A stretch of DNA of 63,329 nt, filler included, from Octopus bimaculoides (GCF_001194135.2; 3 parts of 3 records of this genome joined end to end with filler, not necessarily neighbours in it); one strand, 5' to 3'; positions 1 through 13,752 are shown, counted from the whole stretch's first letter. Notes: generated by a model from the letters alone, not told the origin. Numbers and translations are program-made.

Positions 1-39
1 GATTTGATTTTTTAGATCATGTAGTTCTGTTGCGTCGAT

Positions 40-1041
40 TTATGTATGACTTTCTTCATCTATTTGATTTTCACCTGCCTTAGTGTTTATGGTTGGTTCA
101 GAGAGTATTTCACTTTGCCTATCATCTACCTTAACTCCTTCAATCATTACTGTATTTTCATCAGCCTTGGGCTGCTTTATAATTATTTCCTCTGTAGTAT
201 CTTCTTTAGCTGCAGTTTCATTCTTTTTATCCCTTACTGCTTGTTTAATTTGGTCAATCTCTACTTCAGTTAGTAATTTGTTTTTCATAATGTTTCTTCT
301 GACGTTGGCAAGTTTGTTACTGTCTATGTAGGGTCTTACTTCAAGGTGTTTCTGTTTCCAGTTTAAGTAGGTTTGTACAGTATTAGATTTATCTGTAGGG
401 AAATATATGGCATGGTAGAAGGCTGTAAGAACTTCTTTATTATCTTCACTAGACCATTTTTCATTATTTTTCTTTCGGTTATTTGATGACGAGCATCGAT
501 GGCCATCTGTTGTAATATTCCGGTTGTGGGGTACTTCCAGCTCCTGTGTGTCGGGAAGATTTGAACCAGTAGCAGATTTCTCGTCTCGGATCTGGTTCAT
601 TATCCGAGTAAGTGGTCCTTTATAATACGGTCGATGACCATTTCGGTTTGTATTTTGTTTTATTAATAGTGAGGCATAACAAGCTTCGACGTTGACGGTA
701 GGGGACGGATCTGTCTGTTTAGGGTTAATTTTTTGAGATAACACCGTCTCCAAGCTCTCGTGACGTAGCTTCTTAAGGCTAGCAGATCTGTATCGAGTAA
801 GTGGCCCTTTGTGATTCGGGCGACGACCGATCTGGTTTGTGAACTGCTTTGTTATCATTGAGGCATCATGAACTTTGGCGTTGACATTAGGGGACAGATT
901 TGTCTGTTTAAGGTCAGTTTTTTGAGACAACACCCTCACCGAGTTCTCAGCATGTAAACATTGCTCGTAGCGTAGTTTCTTAAGGCTAGCAGATCGGTAT
1001 TCATCCATATTTTTTTTGTTGATAGATTTATCTCCGGGCAT
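40..1041 (-). mobile_element. N-terminal ORF region of an R4/Dong-like non-LTR retrotransposon, interrupted by a stop at 40-42 and continuing off the window
   Basis: Intronless ORF from MPGDKSINKK (ATG at 1041). It contains KWSSEDNKEVLTAFYHA...WKQKH...DSNKLANVRRNIMKNKLLTEVEIDQIKQAV, resembling the N-terminal 'W..E.N...M..YY / L....R.I.KN..LT..EI..IK' region of R4-clade elements. The frame stays open after the TAA (IDATELHDLKNQI). No RT or endonuclease domain is inside the window. Confidence 0.62.
604..999 (-). repeat. In-frame tandem duplication (69 aa + 63 aa) inside the R4-like ORF
   Basis: Units 793-999 and 604-792 both read YRSASLKKLR...VLSQK...KQT..SP.VN...KQ.TN..G.RP..KGPLTR. Confidence 0.9.
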
Positions 1042-1631
1042 AGTGTATTTTTTTTTTTGTGTGTGGCGTTTTAAACTTATGAATGGTTCACTCTGTCTGT
1101 GTTTGTTCACAAAATGAAAATAAATAAAGAAGAAAAAAAAGTTTTGGTTTTGCTTCGTTTGTGATATGTGCTTTTGTATGCGTGAGTGTGTCCTGTGATT
1201 TTCACGTAGTTGTGTAAACATTAAGATGCATGTGTAGTTCTATGGGTATCAAAACGTATATATCATTNNNNNNNNNNNNNNNNNNNNNNNNNNNNNNNNN
1301 NNNNNNNNNNNNNNNNNNNNNNNNNNNNNNNNNNNNNNNNNNNNNNNNNNNNNNNNNNNNNNNNNNNNNNNNNNNNNNNNNNNNNNNNNNNNNNNNNNNN
1401 NNNNNNNNNNNNNNNNNNNNNNNNNNNNNNNNNNNNNNNNNNNNNNNNNNNNNNNNNNNNNNNNNNNNNNNNNNNNNNNNNNNNNNNNNNNNNNNNNNNN
1501 NNNNNNNNNNNNNNNNNNNNNNNNNNNNNNNNNNNNNNNNNNNNNNNNNNNNNNNNNNNNNNNNNNNNNNNNNNNNNNNNNNNNNNNNNNNNNNNNNNNN
1601 NNNNNNNNNNNNNNNNNNNNNNNNNNNNNNN

Positions 1632-1761
<130 letters not shown>

Positions 1762-1959
1762 TGTCCAGTCTCAGGCAAAATCAAAATTATTAATATACCC
1801 ATTGCGTCTGCATAGCAAAATCCATACCTGGACTAAAATTACATTCACGCATCCATCGCAAATAGATCGCCCTTCTTTTACTTGTAACCTTTGTAAATCA
1901 TTTCTTCAAACACTCAATCGACGGCAGTAACCATTGTTATCATCATCATCATCATCATC

Positions 1960-2037
<78 letters not shown>

Positions 2038-2039
<2 letters not shown>

Positions 2040-2230
2040 GGCGACAAGCTGGCAGAAACGTTAGCATACCGGGCAAAATGCTTAGCGGTATTTTGTCTGT
2101 CTTTACGTTCTGTGTTCAAATTCCGCCAAAGTCGACTTTGCTTTCATCCTTACGAGGCCGATAAATTAAGTACCATTTGCGTACTGGGAGTCGATCTAAA
2201 ATTTCGGGCCTTGTACCTAGAGTAGAAAAA
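2038..2230 (+). mobile_element. tRNA-derived SINE, family B (head GGCG..AGCTGGCAGAA...GTTCAAATTCC; tail GGCCTTGTGCCTAGAGTAGAAAA)
   Basis: Pol III A-box and B-box-like head; more than 15 related copies in the window; preceded by (ATT)n. Confidence 0.85.
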
Positions 2231-5200
2231 TTATTATTATCATTATTATTATTATTATTACAATTATGAGCATAACTATGCAGTGTATATTGTGTATGCA
2301 TCTGCAATTAAATGTAATGTAATGCAGTGTATATACATTCATACATATTCATAAATGCATATACATACGTGGAGTGTAATATCACGTATGTATGTATTTG
2401 CACATATACGCATGTATTTACGTGAATATGTATGTATGCGTATACATACAATCATGTCGACTAACAAGTGGAACTGGAATCGATTTTCTAACAGACGAAC
2501 GCGCTCACTCTCAGATGACGTCTTTGATAGCGTCACCGTCAGTAACGACGGACATCTAAGAATTGTATATTCGTAAACATGTTATATTCACATTCACATT
2601 ACCTTGTACTGACAAATGCATTTATATGTCTAATAACATTCATATAAACACAAATAATGTGCACAATACTGGATCGACTCACACTATCAATACCAAAAAT
2701 AAATAGATATTAAAGAAATAATACAGAAATATCTCTCGTCATTCCATACTTCATGATACACATTATTATGAAGACATTTATGAAAATATCAGAATTCATT
2801 TCGAAGACGTAAGCTGAATGTGTTTCCTGATTCATAGAGTAGCAATTGTTTGTATTTTTGAGAATGAGCTGACTTGCTGCAATCTGTTATGCTTTCATGG
2901 TTAACAGGTTCGTTGGTTTTTCGGATATGTTATTATACTACAAATGATGTTATTATAACATCATGCATATCACTCACCAGGAATTTATTTCTCAGTAAAA
3001 ATATTCCTTTCTTCGCTCACCCTGTCTTTACATATGAAGCTGTAAATATATTAATAAATAGTACCTGTGTGTGTACGTGCATTTACATCGGCACTTGCAT
3101 TCAATCTTCATACTTAAGAACACCTGGAGCTTACTCACCTGCTATTCTTTATTGCTTAATATAATGAATCGCAAAATACATCCTTTCGTCCATCCATCTA
3201 TCCATCCATAAAGACATACATACGTGATGATCGCTTCATCTTATCAGATGATAGTCGTCTAACATTCATCCTTGCGTGTGCTCTGTTTAATTTTCTTCTC
3301 GTTTTCTTCTCTTTTACTCTACCTCCTGGTGAAGGATTAAATACGAAACGTTGGATATTCCAGTCCTCATAGCAAGTTCGCTGTACCGCTTAAGATTTCT
3401 TTCTATATTTTTTCAAGACTTGCCGATACAGAGCTACTAGATGATTGTCTATTACACACACACACACACACACACTCATAGGAAATAGTCGCAAAACAAG
3501 GCACCAAAGTATGCTAGAAATAGCACTCGATAACCGTACGGCGCTCTGTAAAGTTTCACTGAATGTACACAGGAAAAGTCGTGTGCGGGCGGCGAACATA
3601 GAATTTTTTCGTCACACCTTTTTTTGCTATATATTGTGAGGTGGGTTTAATACTGCTATGTCTAGCAGATGAGTATCCATAACTGAAGATGATCTGAAGA
3701 GATCTAAATCGCGTAATATGATGGTCTCCAAGTTAGGATAGTAGGGAGTTCTCTCTCCGTTTGTAATATATATCGAATGCAAAGCACCCTGAATAGCCAG
3801 CTGGAGGAAACATTCACCTGGGGCTGAAATAGCAGCATAGTCTATTCTTAATGTGCACCCACGCTGAAGTAGCGTTCAACATTATTTCTCAGTATAAATA
3901 CTGCTTCCATTTGTAATAAATGTTTTCTTAACAAACTAGTTTGGTAGTTGTGTGTGTGTATACATGCGTCTGTATATATATGTATGTATGTATATATNNN
4001 NNNNNNNNNNNNNNNNNNNNNNNNNNNNNNNNNNNNNNNNNNNNNNNNNNNNNNNNNNNNNNNNNNNNNNNNNNNNNNNNNNNNNNNNNNNNNNNNNNNN
4101 NNNNNNNNNNNNNNNNNNNNNNNNNNNNNNNNNNNNNNNNNNNNNNNNNNNNNNNNNNNNNNNNNNNNNNNNNNNNNNNNNNNNNNNNNNNNNNNNNNNN
4201 NNNNNNNNNNNNNNNNNNNNATAATCATAAATATATAGGGATTGACAGTAACCTGCTTCTCCAACATACTGAGAATTCAGAAATAGCAGTCAAAGAACTG
4301 CTGATTTCAAAACTACAAATTATTACTCCAGATTGAAGGTTTTTTCATACTGAGCTACCCGGCAAAATTGTTGATTATTAATTTTATTACTAATTGACGA
4401 TTCCCTGCCCTGCATATCTATATATATATATATATATATACTAAAATTGGAAAGATACAGAGAAGAATAAGTCAATAAACATCTTTAAAAGACCACTGCA
4501 TTTTCAAATCCTCTTCCTCATATACTTTCACTCGTGCGGTACTTTTATGAATTTAAGTTGCACGATTCCTGAAGTGAAGTCGTGTATTGAAGCAAATACC
4601 TTTGTATTTCGGGATTAACATTTGTGTGTGGGGGGGGGGGATAAACACATTCACTATTCCTAAGAGGAGCAAGAGTCCACAGGAAGATGGAAAGTGACAC
4701 TGAGGAGGTCGCAGATGTGAGACGGAAGATTTCCGAACAAGGGACATGAGTTAGAATAAGAACAATAATAAACGAATAAGTAGGGCGTATGTTCAATTGG
4801 CAAAAAAAAAATGACAATCCCGAATTACAACAATATATACGTGTATGAGTGTGAGTATATGTGTGTGTGTGTATGTACGTGTGTGTATTATATATATATA
4901 TATATATATNNNNNNNNNNNNNNNNNNNNNNNNNNNNNNNNNNNNNNNNNNNNNNNNNNNNNNNNNNNNNNNNNNNNNNNNNNNNNNNNNNNNNNNNNNN
5001 NNNNNNNNNNNNNNNNNNNNNNNNNNNNNNNNNNNNNNNNNNNNNNNNNNNNNNNNNNNNNNNNNNNNNNNNNNNNNNNNNNNNNNNNNNNNNNNNNNNN
5101 NNNNNNNNNNNNNNNNNNNNNNNNNNNNNNNNNNNNNNNNNNNNNNNNNNNNNNNNNNNNNNNNNNNNNNNNNNNNNNNNNNNNNNNNNNNNNNNNNNNN

Positions 5201-5678
5201 NNNNNNNNNNNNNNNNNNNNNNNNNNNNNNNNNNNNNNNNNNNNNNNNNNNNNNNNNNNNNNNNNNNNNNNNNNNNNNNNNNNNNNNNNNNNNNNNNNNN
5301 NNNNNNNNNNNNNNNNNNNNNNNNNNNNNNNNNNNNNNNNNNNNNNNNNNNNNNNNNNNNNNNNNNNNNNNNNNNNNNNNNNNNNNNNNNNNNNNNNNNN
5401 NNNNNNNNNNNNNNNNNNNNNNNNNNNNNNNNNNNNNNNNNNNNNNNNNNNNNNNNNNNNNNNNNNNNNNNNNNNNNNNNNNNNNNNNNNNNNNNNNNNN
5501 NNNNNNNNNNNNNNNNNNNNNNNNNNNNNNNNNNNNNNNNNNNNNNNNNNNNNNNNNNNNNNNNNNNNNNNNNNNNNNNNNNNNNNNNNNNNNNNNNNNN
5601 NNNNNNNNNNNNNNNNNNNNNNNNNNNNNNNNNNNNNNNNNNNNNNNNNNNNNNNNNNNNNNNNNNNNNNNNNNNNNN

Positions 5679-5719
<41 letters not shown>

Positions 5720-5949
5720 TCAATATGTAACTTAAAATTTGCTAAGATATTATTGAGACTGTTATTATCTAGTGTAACAATTAAAAATGATAATAACAAA
5801 ATCAATAATATAGGTGATTGCTGGCCCAGAAAAAGCATTAAGTAGATGAAGGATTAAAATTAATCAAAGGACATTCTACCTGTTTGAAATAACAGTCAAG
5901 ACTCTTATTTAAATCGCGGAAAAAAAAATTGATAGTGACTACGGAAATC

Positions 5950-6145
5950 TACCGTATGCGGGCAAACGGGCTAAGACAATCTCTCAACATACATTCAAGT
6001 ATTTTGCGGTTCAGCAAAAGAGTCCGATAGAATAAGTACTAGGCTTACAAAAAATAAGTCGTCCTGGGGTCGATATTTTCGACTAAAGGTGGTGCTCCAG
6101 CATGGCCGCAGTCAAATGATTGAAACAAGTAAAAGAATAAAAGTA
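5950..6145 (+). mobile_element. SINE family A, 3' half
   Basis: GATAGAATAAGTACTAGGCTTAC...GGTGCTCCAGCATGGCCGCAGTCAAATGA.TGAAACAAGTAAAAGA matches the 3' end of the full copy at 15431. Confidence 0.85.
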
Positions 6146-9100
6146 TAAAATAATAAATACATGGACAGTTTTATATATATATACAATTATNNNNNNNNNN
6201 NNNNNNNNNNNNNNNNNNNNNNNNNNNNNNNNNNNNNNNNNNNNNNNNNNNNNNNNNNNNNNNNNNNNNNNNNNNNNNNNNNNNNNNNNNNNNNNNNNNN
6301 NNNNNNNNNNNNNNNNNNNNNNNNNNNNNNNNNNNNNNNNNNNNNNNNNNNNNNNNNNNNNNNNNNNNNNNNNNNNNNNNNNNNNNNNNNNNNNNNNNNN
6401 NNNNNNNNNNNNNNNNNNNNNNNNNNNNNNNNNNNNNNNNNNNNNNNNNNNNNNNNNNNNNNNNNNNNNNNNNNNNNNNNNNNNNNNNNNNNNNNNNNNN
6501 NNNNNNNNNNNNNNNNNNNNNNNNNNNNNNNNNNNNNNNNNNNNNNNNNNNNNNNNNNNNNNNNNNNNNNNNNNNNNNNNNNNNNNNNNNNNNNNNNNNN
6601 NNNNNCATATATTTATTTATTTATTTATTCATTTTTAGTATACAGATACCTCGTAAAAGGAGATGTCAATATCGAAGCTTCACCGGCTTAATGTTATATA
6701 TCGATGAAATGTTCAAGAATTTAGTATCACTTAATAGTATTGGCTTTTACTGTTTAAAGTAGGCACCAATAAATACATTACGGAGTTTAATGATTATGAC
6801 ACTTCGATATATATGGTTATATTTCAATTTAAAATATTGTAAATTTAATACGCACGCGCGCACAAATTAATAAAACCAAAAGCCATAATTACATATGGTT
6901 TAAAAAAAATACTAACATGCACACGCACACACATTATTGACATGTTGTGTCTGTTGATGATACCCGATCGTTTATGATGTGATGCTTTTTGTGCCTAATT
7001 CCCACCTTGAGGAGATATTTAACTAGCTATTTCAAGATGCAAGTTTTAATTTATTAATTCAGGTCATGTGCCTATAGTAGAAACGATATCAAAACAGTGA
7101 ACATTGTTTCATCTTTTATAAAACATTTTCTAAAATCTGTAAAACAAGATATACGGTTACACACACACACACACACGCACACAATCACACACCCACACAC
7201 ACGCATACACACACACACGTACACATACATGCATATATCTCAAATGGATTCCACATATGCAAAAACAACCATACCAACAATCGAATATACATCCATCATC
7301 AGCTGCCCCACGGATATCATCATGATTTCGACACCTGAGCAGTACCATTCAATCCGGCGGTGTCAACAAGCACTGAAATAGTATTGTTTGGGAACAGACA
7401 TAGCAAAGAAACCACAACTTTCAAACACATTTACCCTATGTACAATAGTATCGGTATTAACAGTAAACCTACAATAGCTAAATTATATACTAAATAGCGA
7501 CCAATCTTTAAGTCCATACAAATAATAATCCCGCCAGTTTTCCATAGTTACTACGATAATATAAAAAGTGAAAGCTTTATTTCAATTCTCTCCAAAACAA
7601 AACAGGATTGAATTTAATTTACCAAATATAATAATTTTGAGTGAAATATATTATTTCATAATTCAAAAGTTAATAATAAAAACAGTACATACTCATTAAT
7701 ATATATTACCCTTACAAGTTTTAGTGTAGATTTACCAGTAATTAATAGAAACATTAAATTTATTAAATAGGGACTAATTAAAGTATACTTGTAATTAACT
7801 ATTATTATAAAACCTTGCTACAATTAAAGCTAAATTAAAACTGTTTGAAAGATGATAAAACTACAAAGTATTAACACTTACAAGTATATATATATATATA
7901 TATNNNNNNNNNNNNNNNNNNNNNNNNNNNNNNNNNNNNNNNNNNNNNNNNNNNNNNNNNNNNNNNNNNNNNNNNNNNNNNNNNNNNNNNNNNNNNNNNN
8001 NNNNNNNNNNNNNNNNNNNNNNNNNNNNNNNNNNNNNNNNNNNNNNNNNNNNNNNNNNNNNNNNNNNNNNNNNNNNNNNNNNNNNNNNNNNNNNNNNNNN
8101 NNNNNNNNNNNNNNNNNNNNNNNNNNNNNNNNNNNNNNNNNNNNNNNNNNNNNNNNNNNNNNNNNNNNNNNNNNNNNNNNNNNNNNNNNNNNNNNNNNNN
8201 NNNNNNNNNNNNNNNNNNNNNNNNNNNNNNNNNNNNNNNNNNNNNNNNNNNNNNNNNNNNNNNNNNNNNNNNNNNNNNNNNNNNNNNNNNNNNNNNNNNN
8301 NNNNNNNNNNNNNNNNNNNNNNNNNNNNNNNNNNNNNNNNNNNNNNNNNNNNNNNNNNNNNNNNNNNNNNNNNNNNNNNNNNNNNNNNNNNNNNNNNNNN
8401 NNNNNNNNNNNNNNNNNNNNNNNNNNNNNNNNNNNNNNNNNNNNNNNNNNNNNNNNNNNNNNNNNNNNNNNNNNNNNNNNNNNNNNNNNNNNNNNNNNNN
8501 NNNNNNNNNNNNNNNNNNNNNNNNNNNNNNNNNNNNNNNNNNNNNNNNNNNNNNNNNNNNNNNNNNNNNNNNNNNNNNNNNNNNNNNNNNNNNNNNNNNN
8601 NNNNNNNTATATATATATATATATATCACTATTTATACTTGAAGTAACGTAGAAAAAATATATCTTTGGATTTTTATTTAGCTGAATTGCGTAGTATTTA
8701 AGCTTTTTTTCTCAATATAGGTAAGGAACGCCACCTTTCAGATATACTGCTGTAAATCTCCGATCATTGTACAGTTTTCTAAAACATGATTGAGCCTTCA
8801 TGCTATTTCTTGCTTACTTCTTCAATAGCTTCTAGAAACTACTTTCAGTTACTGGGAGAGTATATAAAATGTTTCATGTCTTCATTAATCAAGTTCAATG
8901 TCAAAATCGTTGATTTCTTATTATGGTGGGTTAATCCAGGTTCTTCTAATATCGGTAGATTTAAAAACAAATAATCTCTTCTGAAACATTTCTCTTGAAT
9001 GTATTTCATATGTCTATAATCCTTCTTCATCCTGCTCGAATTTGGTGTTATCACCATACGGACTCTGGTTATATTTGGGAATAGTATCTTCTGGATGATC

Positions 9101-9667
9101 AGCCTACCTATGAGGTAACAGAGTAGCAGTAGAACTGATTTATAGTAACGTATTTTGTCAACGTTGTTGAATGTATATCGATTCTGAGTTTGCATGCAAG
9201 GTTTTATTTGTGCAGTTTAAATTTTGAGGAATAATATTACACTAATCTCATTTCAGAATAAAATTGCAATCATGAAATTTCCTCTTGCGTTCAAAAAATG
9301 TTGTATGTATGTGTAATAGCATTGCCTTAAAATGATTTAGTTTTCGATGTAGTTCGTCTTACTATATTTTCATTCTGTTTATATAACAAATAGGGGATTA
9401 TTTTTCTGCTATTTTATTTCTATTAAGTCATTATTGAATTCATAAATACAAGGACAATTGGTTTAACACTTTTAGTTTCGGCATGAACACTTGATTTACA
9501 TCACTCGATGTTACACTTCACTTCTTTACAATTTATGGTGCTCTTGCTGTGTCAGACGTGCTGTATATCGTAAAATCCTGCATCTTTAATACTCGTTGGA
9601 GATGTATACTGCTACAACTTTGAATAAAATTGTTATTTAATTTCGTCAGTGTATGTTGTATGTGTAT

Positions 9668-9890
9668 GTGTAATATACACACATAATGTAAACAACGACG
9701 CACTCATTTAGACACAAAGATATATCAAAAATGCACTTAGAAATGTTTTATGAAGGAATCACACTATTCGGAAAATATTTTCTTAAATTATAAATTATTA
9801 ATTATGTTTAATTTCTTTTAAAACACTGCAGATTAAACGGACATGATTGATGGAAGGTCCTACGTTAACGCATTCGTAACTTTCGGCATT
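9668..9890 (+). repeat. Copy 1 of a ~220-bp direct duplication
   Basis: Near-identical to 12703-12925 (shared core AAAAATGCACTTAGAAATG...CACTGCAGATTAAAC.GACATGATTGATGGAAGGTCCTACGTTAACGC). Confidence 0.9.
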
Positions 9891-10643
9891 CTCTCCACCA
9901 ATTCCTCAATGACCTACGTTCTTGATTTTTCTCTCTTTTCCTTACCTTTTGTCGCTTCCATTTTCCACCAAATACGTACTGATTCTCCAAATTTGTACCT
10001 ATTTATTATTAACATCCGATTATCTAAAATGCACTTCATATTCAGTCTGAGGAAGGTGGAGAAGAAATTTCAATAACCAGTTGTTAAGTGCTAACTACAG
10101 TAACCATAACTGTTATCCGTTCAACCTAGAGTACTCTTTTGAACTTCTCGCCTGTACTCATGTGCACAATTTACGCACACGAATCCACAATTACATATAC
10201 ACACGCATGCGAACGCACACACACATGTACACTCACTCTCATATACAAATAAACTTCTTGCCTACTCCTACATTTGCTTCAAGGAGTCATTAAAGAACGT
10301 AACAATAAGTAACACGATAATAATTAAACAATATCAGTTTATAACCATCGTCTTGTATAAGATACCGCTAATATGTTGAAGATTAGTTATGTAAGGCGCA
10401 GGAATGACAACGTGCAAATAAAACATAAATACCAATACATCTGTGCAGATACATGGTTTGAACCACGAACAGGTATTATCTACTGCAAGTATAATTTTAT
10501 CTTATCTTGTAAAAAGGTATCCATCAAAACACCCATGTATTGAACAAAATTAAACATAAAGGAATATAGAAGTACGGAAAATCAATAATAAAATATACTT
10601 AATTCGAAATAGCTGATTTTTAAATATAACAACGCTTTTTACA

Positions 10644-10676
<33 letters not shown>

Positions 10677-11199
10677 ACACAACTACGAGATAGAGGTGGA
10701 AAATAAACACACCCGATTGTAAATTGTCGGAAAAGATTCCCCACAAAGCCAAAACAAACAAATAGAAGATAATAAGTATGATATAAACTTTACACGACAA
10801 TTGTATCATATCTATATCCAGTTAAACAAATAAACGTTTTTCAACATCTATAAATGAAATGATAACACATTCTGGTCAGTTTTGGTAACACAAAAGATTG
10901 AAAACTAAATCGAGATTCTTTAATCCAACGTTGCCTGCTGCAAATGTTGCTTCAACAATGCTAAACATATATGATAATATTTTTCTGATTTGAATCATTT
11001 ACATTCACATGAACAAGAGGGGGGAATATAATATCATATACCCACACACATCTATTCATATAAATATGCCATAAATGCGCATCATAAGCTGCATACTGAT
11101 AAACTTGTTTATGTATTCGTTTATTGGTTTAAATAATTGGAGCAAAGAAAGAAAAAAAAAAGGATCAAGGGCTCATAGAACCGTTTCCCAAGATTTTGT

Positions 11200-11400
11200 G
11201 GCATATATATACTCCACTACCTGGACGGGAGGACGCCGGTTACTTACAGGATTACTTAGTCTTGCCATTTTGGTGAGAGCTGGTGCAATGTCAAAACGAA
11301 GTATTTTGTTCAATAACGCAACGCATCTTCCGGGCAAGGAGTCGAAGCTACAACCTTAATATCGTAAGTGCAACACACTTGAACCACGCACCTCCAGTTT
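11200..11400 (-). mobile_element. Degenerate tRNA-derived SINE (family D-like)
   Basis: Minus strand GGAGGTGCGTGG...GGTTGTAGCTTCGACTCC...TTGCGTTATTGAACAAAATACTTCGTTTTGACATTGCACCAG resembles the copy at 30405-30735. Confidence 0.5.
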
Positions 11401-11927
11401 GTTATTGTGCTGTTCCTTCATTATTTTGTACTCTGATTTACATAACATCTATGGGATTTTCTATTCATGTGCTTTCGACACCAACAAACAGGAATAAAGT
11501 TTTTAGCAGTACCAGGTATTATTCAGTTCATCTTGGCGCATATGGAACCACGCCTCTTTCGTTGTCAACTGCTTATTTATGGGGAGTTTTAAATATCACA
11601 ATCATTCCATAAGTTTGTTTTATTATTGCTGAGGATGTGTTCCTGCACTCACATTTCATCTTCCGTTCATAAACTCTGCTATATTAACAATGAAATGATT
11701 TGTGCTTCCCACTGTATTTCGTCAATCCTTGTTTTGTTTTCCTCTTTAAATACACTCATAGCAAACTAGGACATTGTAGGTGTAGCAATAAATCCAAGAC
11801 ATCCAACACCCACTGGAATTAATGTGCATCCCATCATCCTACCATGCGGACCATTTCAAACTTTTTATGCTTTCGGCAGTGATTTCCATGCACTTGCATC
11901 ATATGTTTTACAAGTGTAGTCATTTCA

Positions 11928-12113
11928 ACAATCAGGATATTATTCGTCAAGTCAGAGTATATTCTTGCCTACTCCTACATTGTGTTACTTATTGTTATGT
12001 GCTTTAATGACTTCTTGTGGCAAATGTAGGAGTAGGCAAGAAGTAGGACAATCAGGATATTATTCGTCAAGTCAGGATATAATTCGTCAAGTCAGGATAT
12101 TATTCGTCAAGTC
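11928..12113. repeat. Perfect 20-bp inverted repeat bracketed by a 28-bp direct repeat, followed by 20-bp tandem units
   Basis: TTCTTGCCTACTCCTACATT (11962-11981) pairs with AATGTAGGAGTAGGCAAGAA (12023-12042). ACAATCAGGATATTATTCGTCAAGTCAG occurs at 11928-11955 and 12048-12075. CAGGATAT(T/A)ATTCGTCAAGT occurs x3 in tandem. Confidence 0.92.
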
Positions 12114-12702
12114 TCACACGTTGATTCTTTAATACTATTAGGTCTAAGAATACAAAAAATATTTGTGATATTTCGTTAGATGCATGAACAATAACTGTTG
12201 CAAACACTCGAACATTTAACCGAAATATTTATTACCGGACATAAATATATTTGGTGTTCGCTATTTACAACGAACAATAATAATTATTGCCGACTGGGAT
12301 ACACAGAAAAACCACACTGGAACATTGTGTGACTGTTCAGTATGGACTCTCTCAGAACCTGGAGTTGTCAGCACAAATGTCCCGAACCGTTTGCTAGAAA
12401 AATCGGAGGGTCTTGTCGCTCAGCCACCTTCAGTGCTGCAGTTGAGCGCAAAAATGGTCTATTAAAGGAGACAAGAGACTAACTTCCAGAATATTCGACA
12501 AAAACCACATCACACCACAACATCACACTGACTGGTCGATAAATAGATCGGTTGCATGAATCTTTGGTGGTTCGCTCATGGCGTCTGATAGATTGTCTAG
12601 CAGTTAGGTTTCGAATGACCACTACACTATATTTTATGCACTATATAAATACGCGTGCAAATGTATGCGCTTGTGTGCACGTTTGTGCATGTGTATCTAC
12701 CT

Positions 12703-12925
12703 GTGTAATATACACACAGAATGTAAATAAAGACTCACTCACTCGGATACAAAGATATAGCAAAAATGCACTTAGAAATGTTTTGTGAAGGAATTACACT
12801 TTTCGGAAAACATTTTCTTAAATCATAAATTATTAATTATGTTTAATTTCTTTTAAAACACTGCAGATTAAACAGACATGATTGATGGAAGGTCCTACGT
12901 TAACGCTTTCGTAGCTTTCAGCATT
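12703..12925 (+). repeat. Copy 2 of a ~220-bp direct duplication
   Basis: See 9668-9890; offset about 3035 bp. Confidence 0.9.
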
Positions 12926-13207
12926 TCAATCTCACGAGTAAGATGATTTTCCGTTATATGGTAATGCAGATAAGCTTATAACAAGTGTGTTTCAAAAGCT
13001 AAAAACAATGAAAGGGCTTACGGAAGAACATCCGTCAAGTTTGTAGGAATCTGCTTTTTAAAACATTGCCTATGTCGTCAATACTATTTGGTTTAAGAGA
13101 ATCGCTTCTTAACTACATTTACACGCACTCACGCACGTGCAAACACACACATACACACACATGTATGTATGTATGTATGTATGTATGCATGTATGTATGT
13201 ATGTATG

Positions 13208-13246
<39 letters not shown>

Positions 13247-13321
13247 TTATCTATCTATCGATCTATGTAACCTGTCTACCTACTTTTCTGTGTGTATATC
13301 AATTTCTGTTTATATTTACAT

Positions 13322-13420
13322 CGTGGTAAGTAACTTGCTTACCCACCTCATGGTTCCGGGTTCAGTACCAGTGCGTGACACCTTGGGCAAGTATCTTCTA
13401 TTATAGCTTCGGGCTGACCA
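13322..13420 (+). mobile_element. SINE family A, 5' part
   Basis: GTGGTAAGTAACTTGCTTACC...ATGGTTCCGGGTTCAGTACCA...CCTTGGGCAAGTATCTTCTATTATAGC. Confidence 0.8.
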
Positions 13421-13718
13421 GAGAATGTGATAATGTCACATTCGGTAATAATGTCTTACGGTTGAGTTAATTTTTATGTATTTCCCTGAAGAGAAGATTA
13501 CATCTTTCTCAACATCATTCATTCCTTTGGAATGAACCAATTGTAATATATATATATATATATATANNNNNNNNNNNNNNNNNNNNNNNNNNNNNNNNNN
13601 NNNNNNNNNNNNNNNNNNNNNNNNNNNNNNNNNNNNNNNNNNNNNNNNNNNNNNNNNNNNNNNNNNNNNNNNNNNNNNNNNNNNNNNNNNNNNNNNNNNN
13701 NNNNNNNNNNNNNNNNNA

Positions 13719-13752
<34 letters not shown>

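Noticed and set aside
2454-2576. Short ORF MSTNKWNWNRFSNRRTRSLSDDVFDSVTVSNDGHLRIVYS in a CpG-rich patch
   Set aside because: No recognisable homology, no partner exon and only a weak donor; cannot be supported.
7271-7373. Minus-strand segment with a plausible acceptor and donor (tatttcAG ... TG|GTATGG)
   Set aside because: All three frames contain stops from the acceptor, and the internal ATG peptide has no recognisable homology.
8845-9195. 116-aa minus-strand ORF, possibly a decayed retroelement
   Set aside because: No RT or endonuclease motif could be identified.
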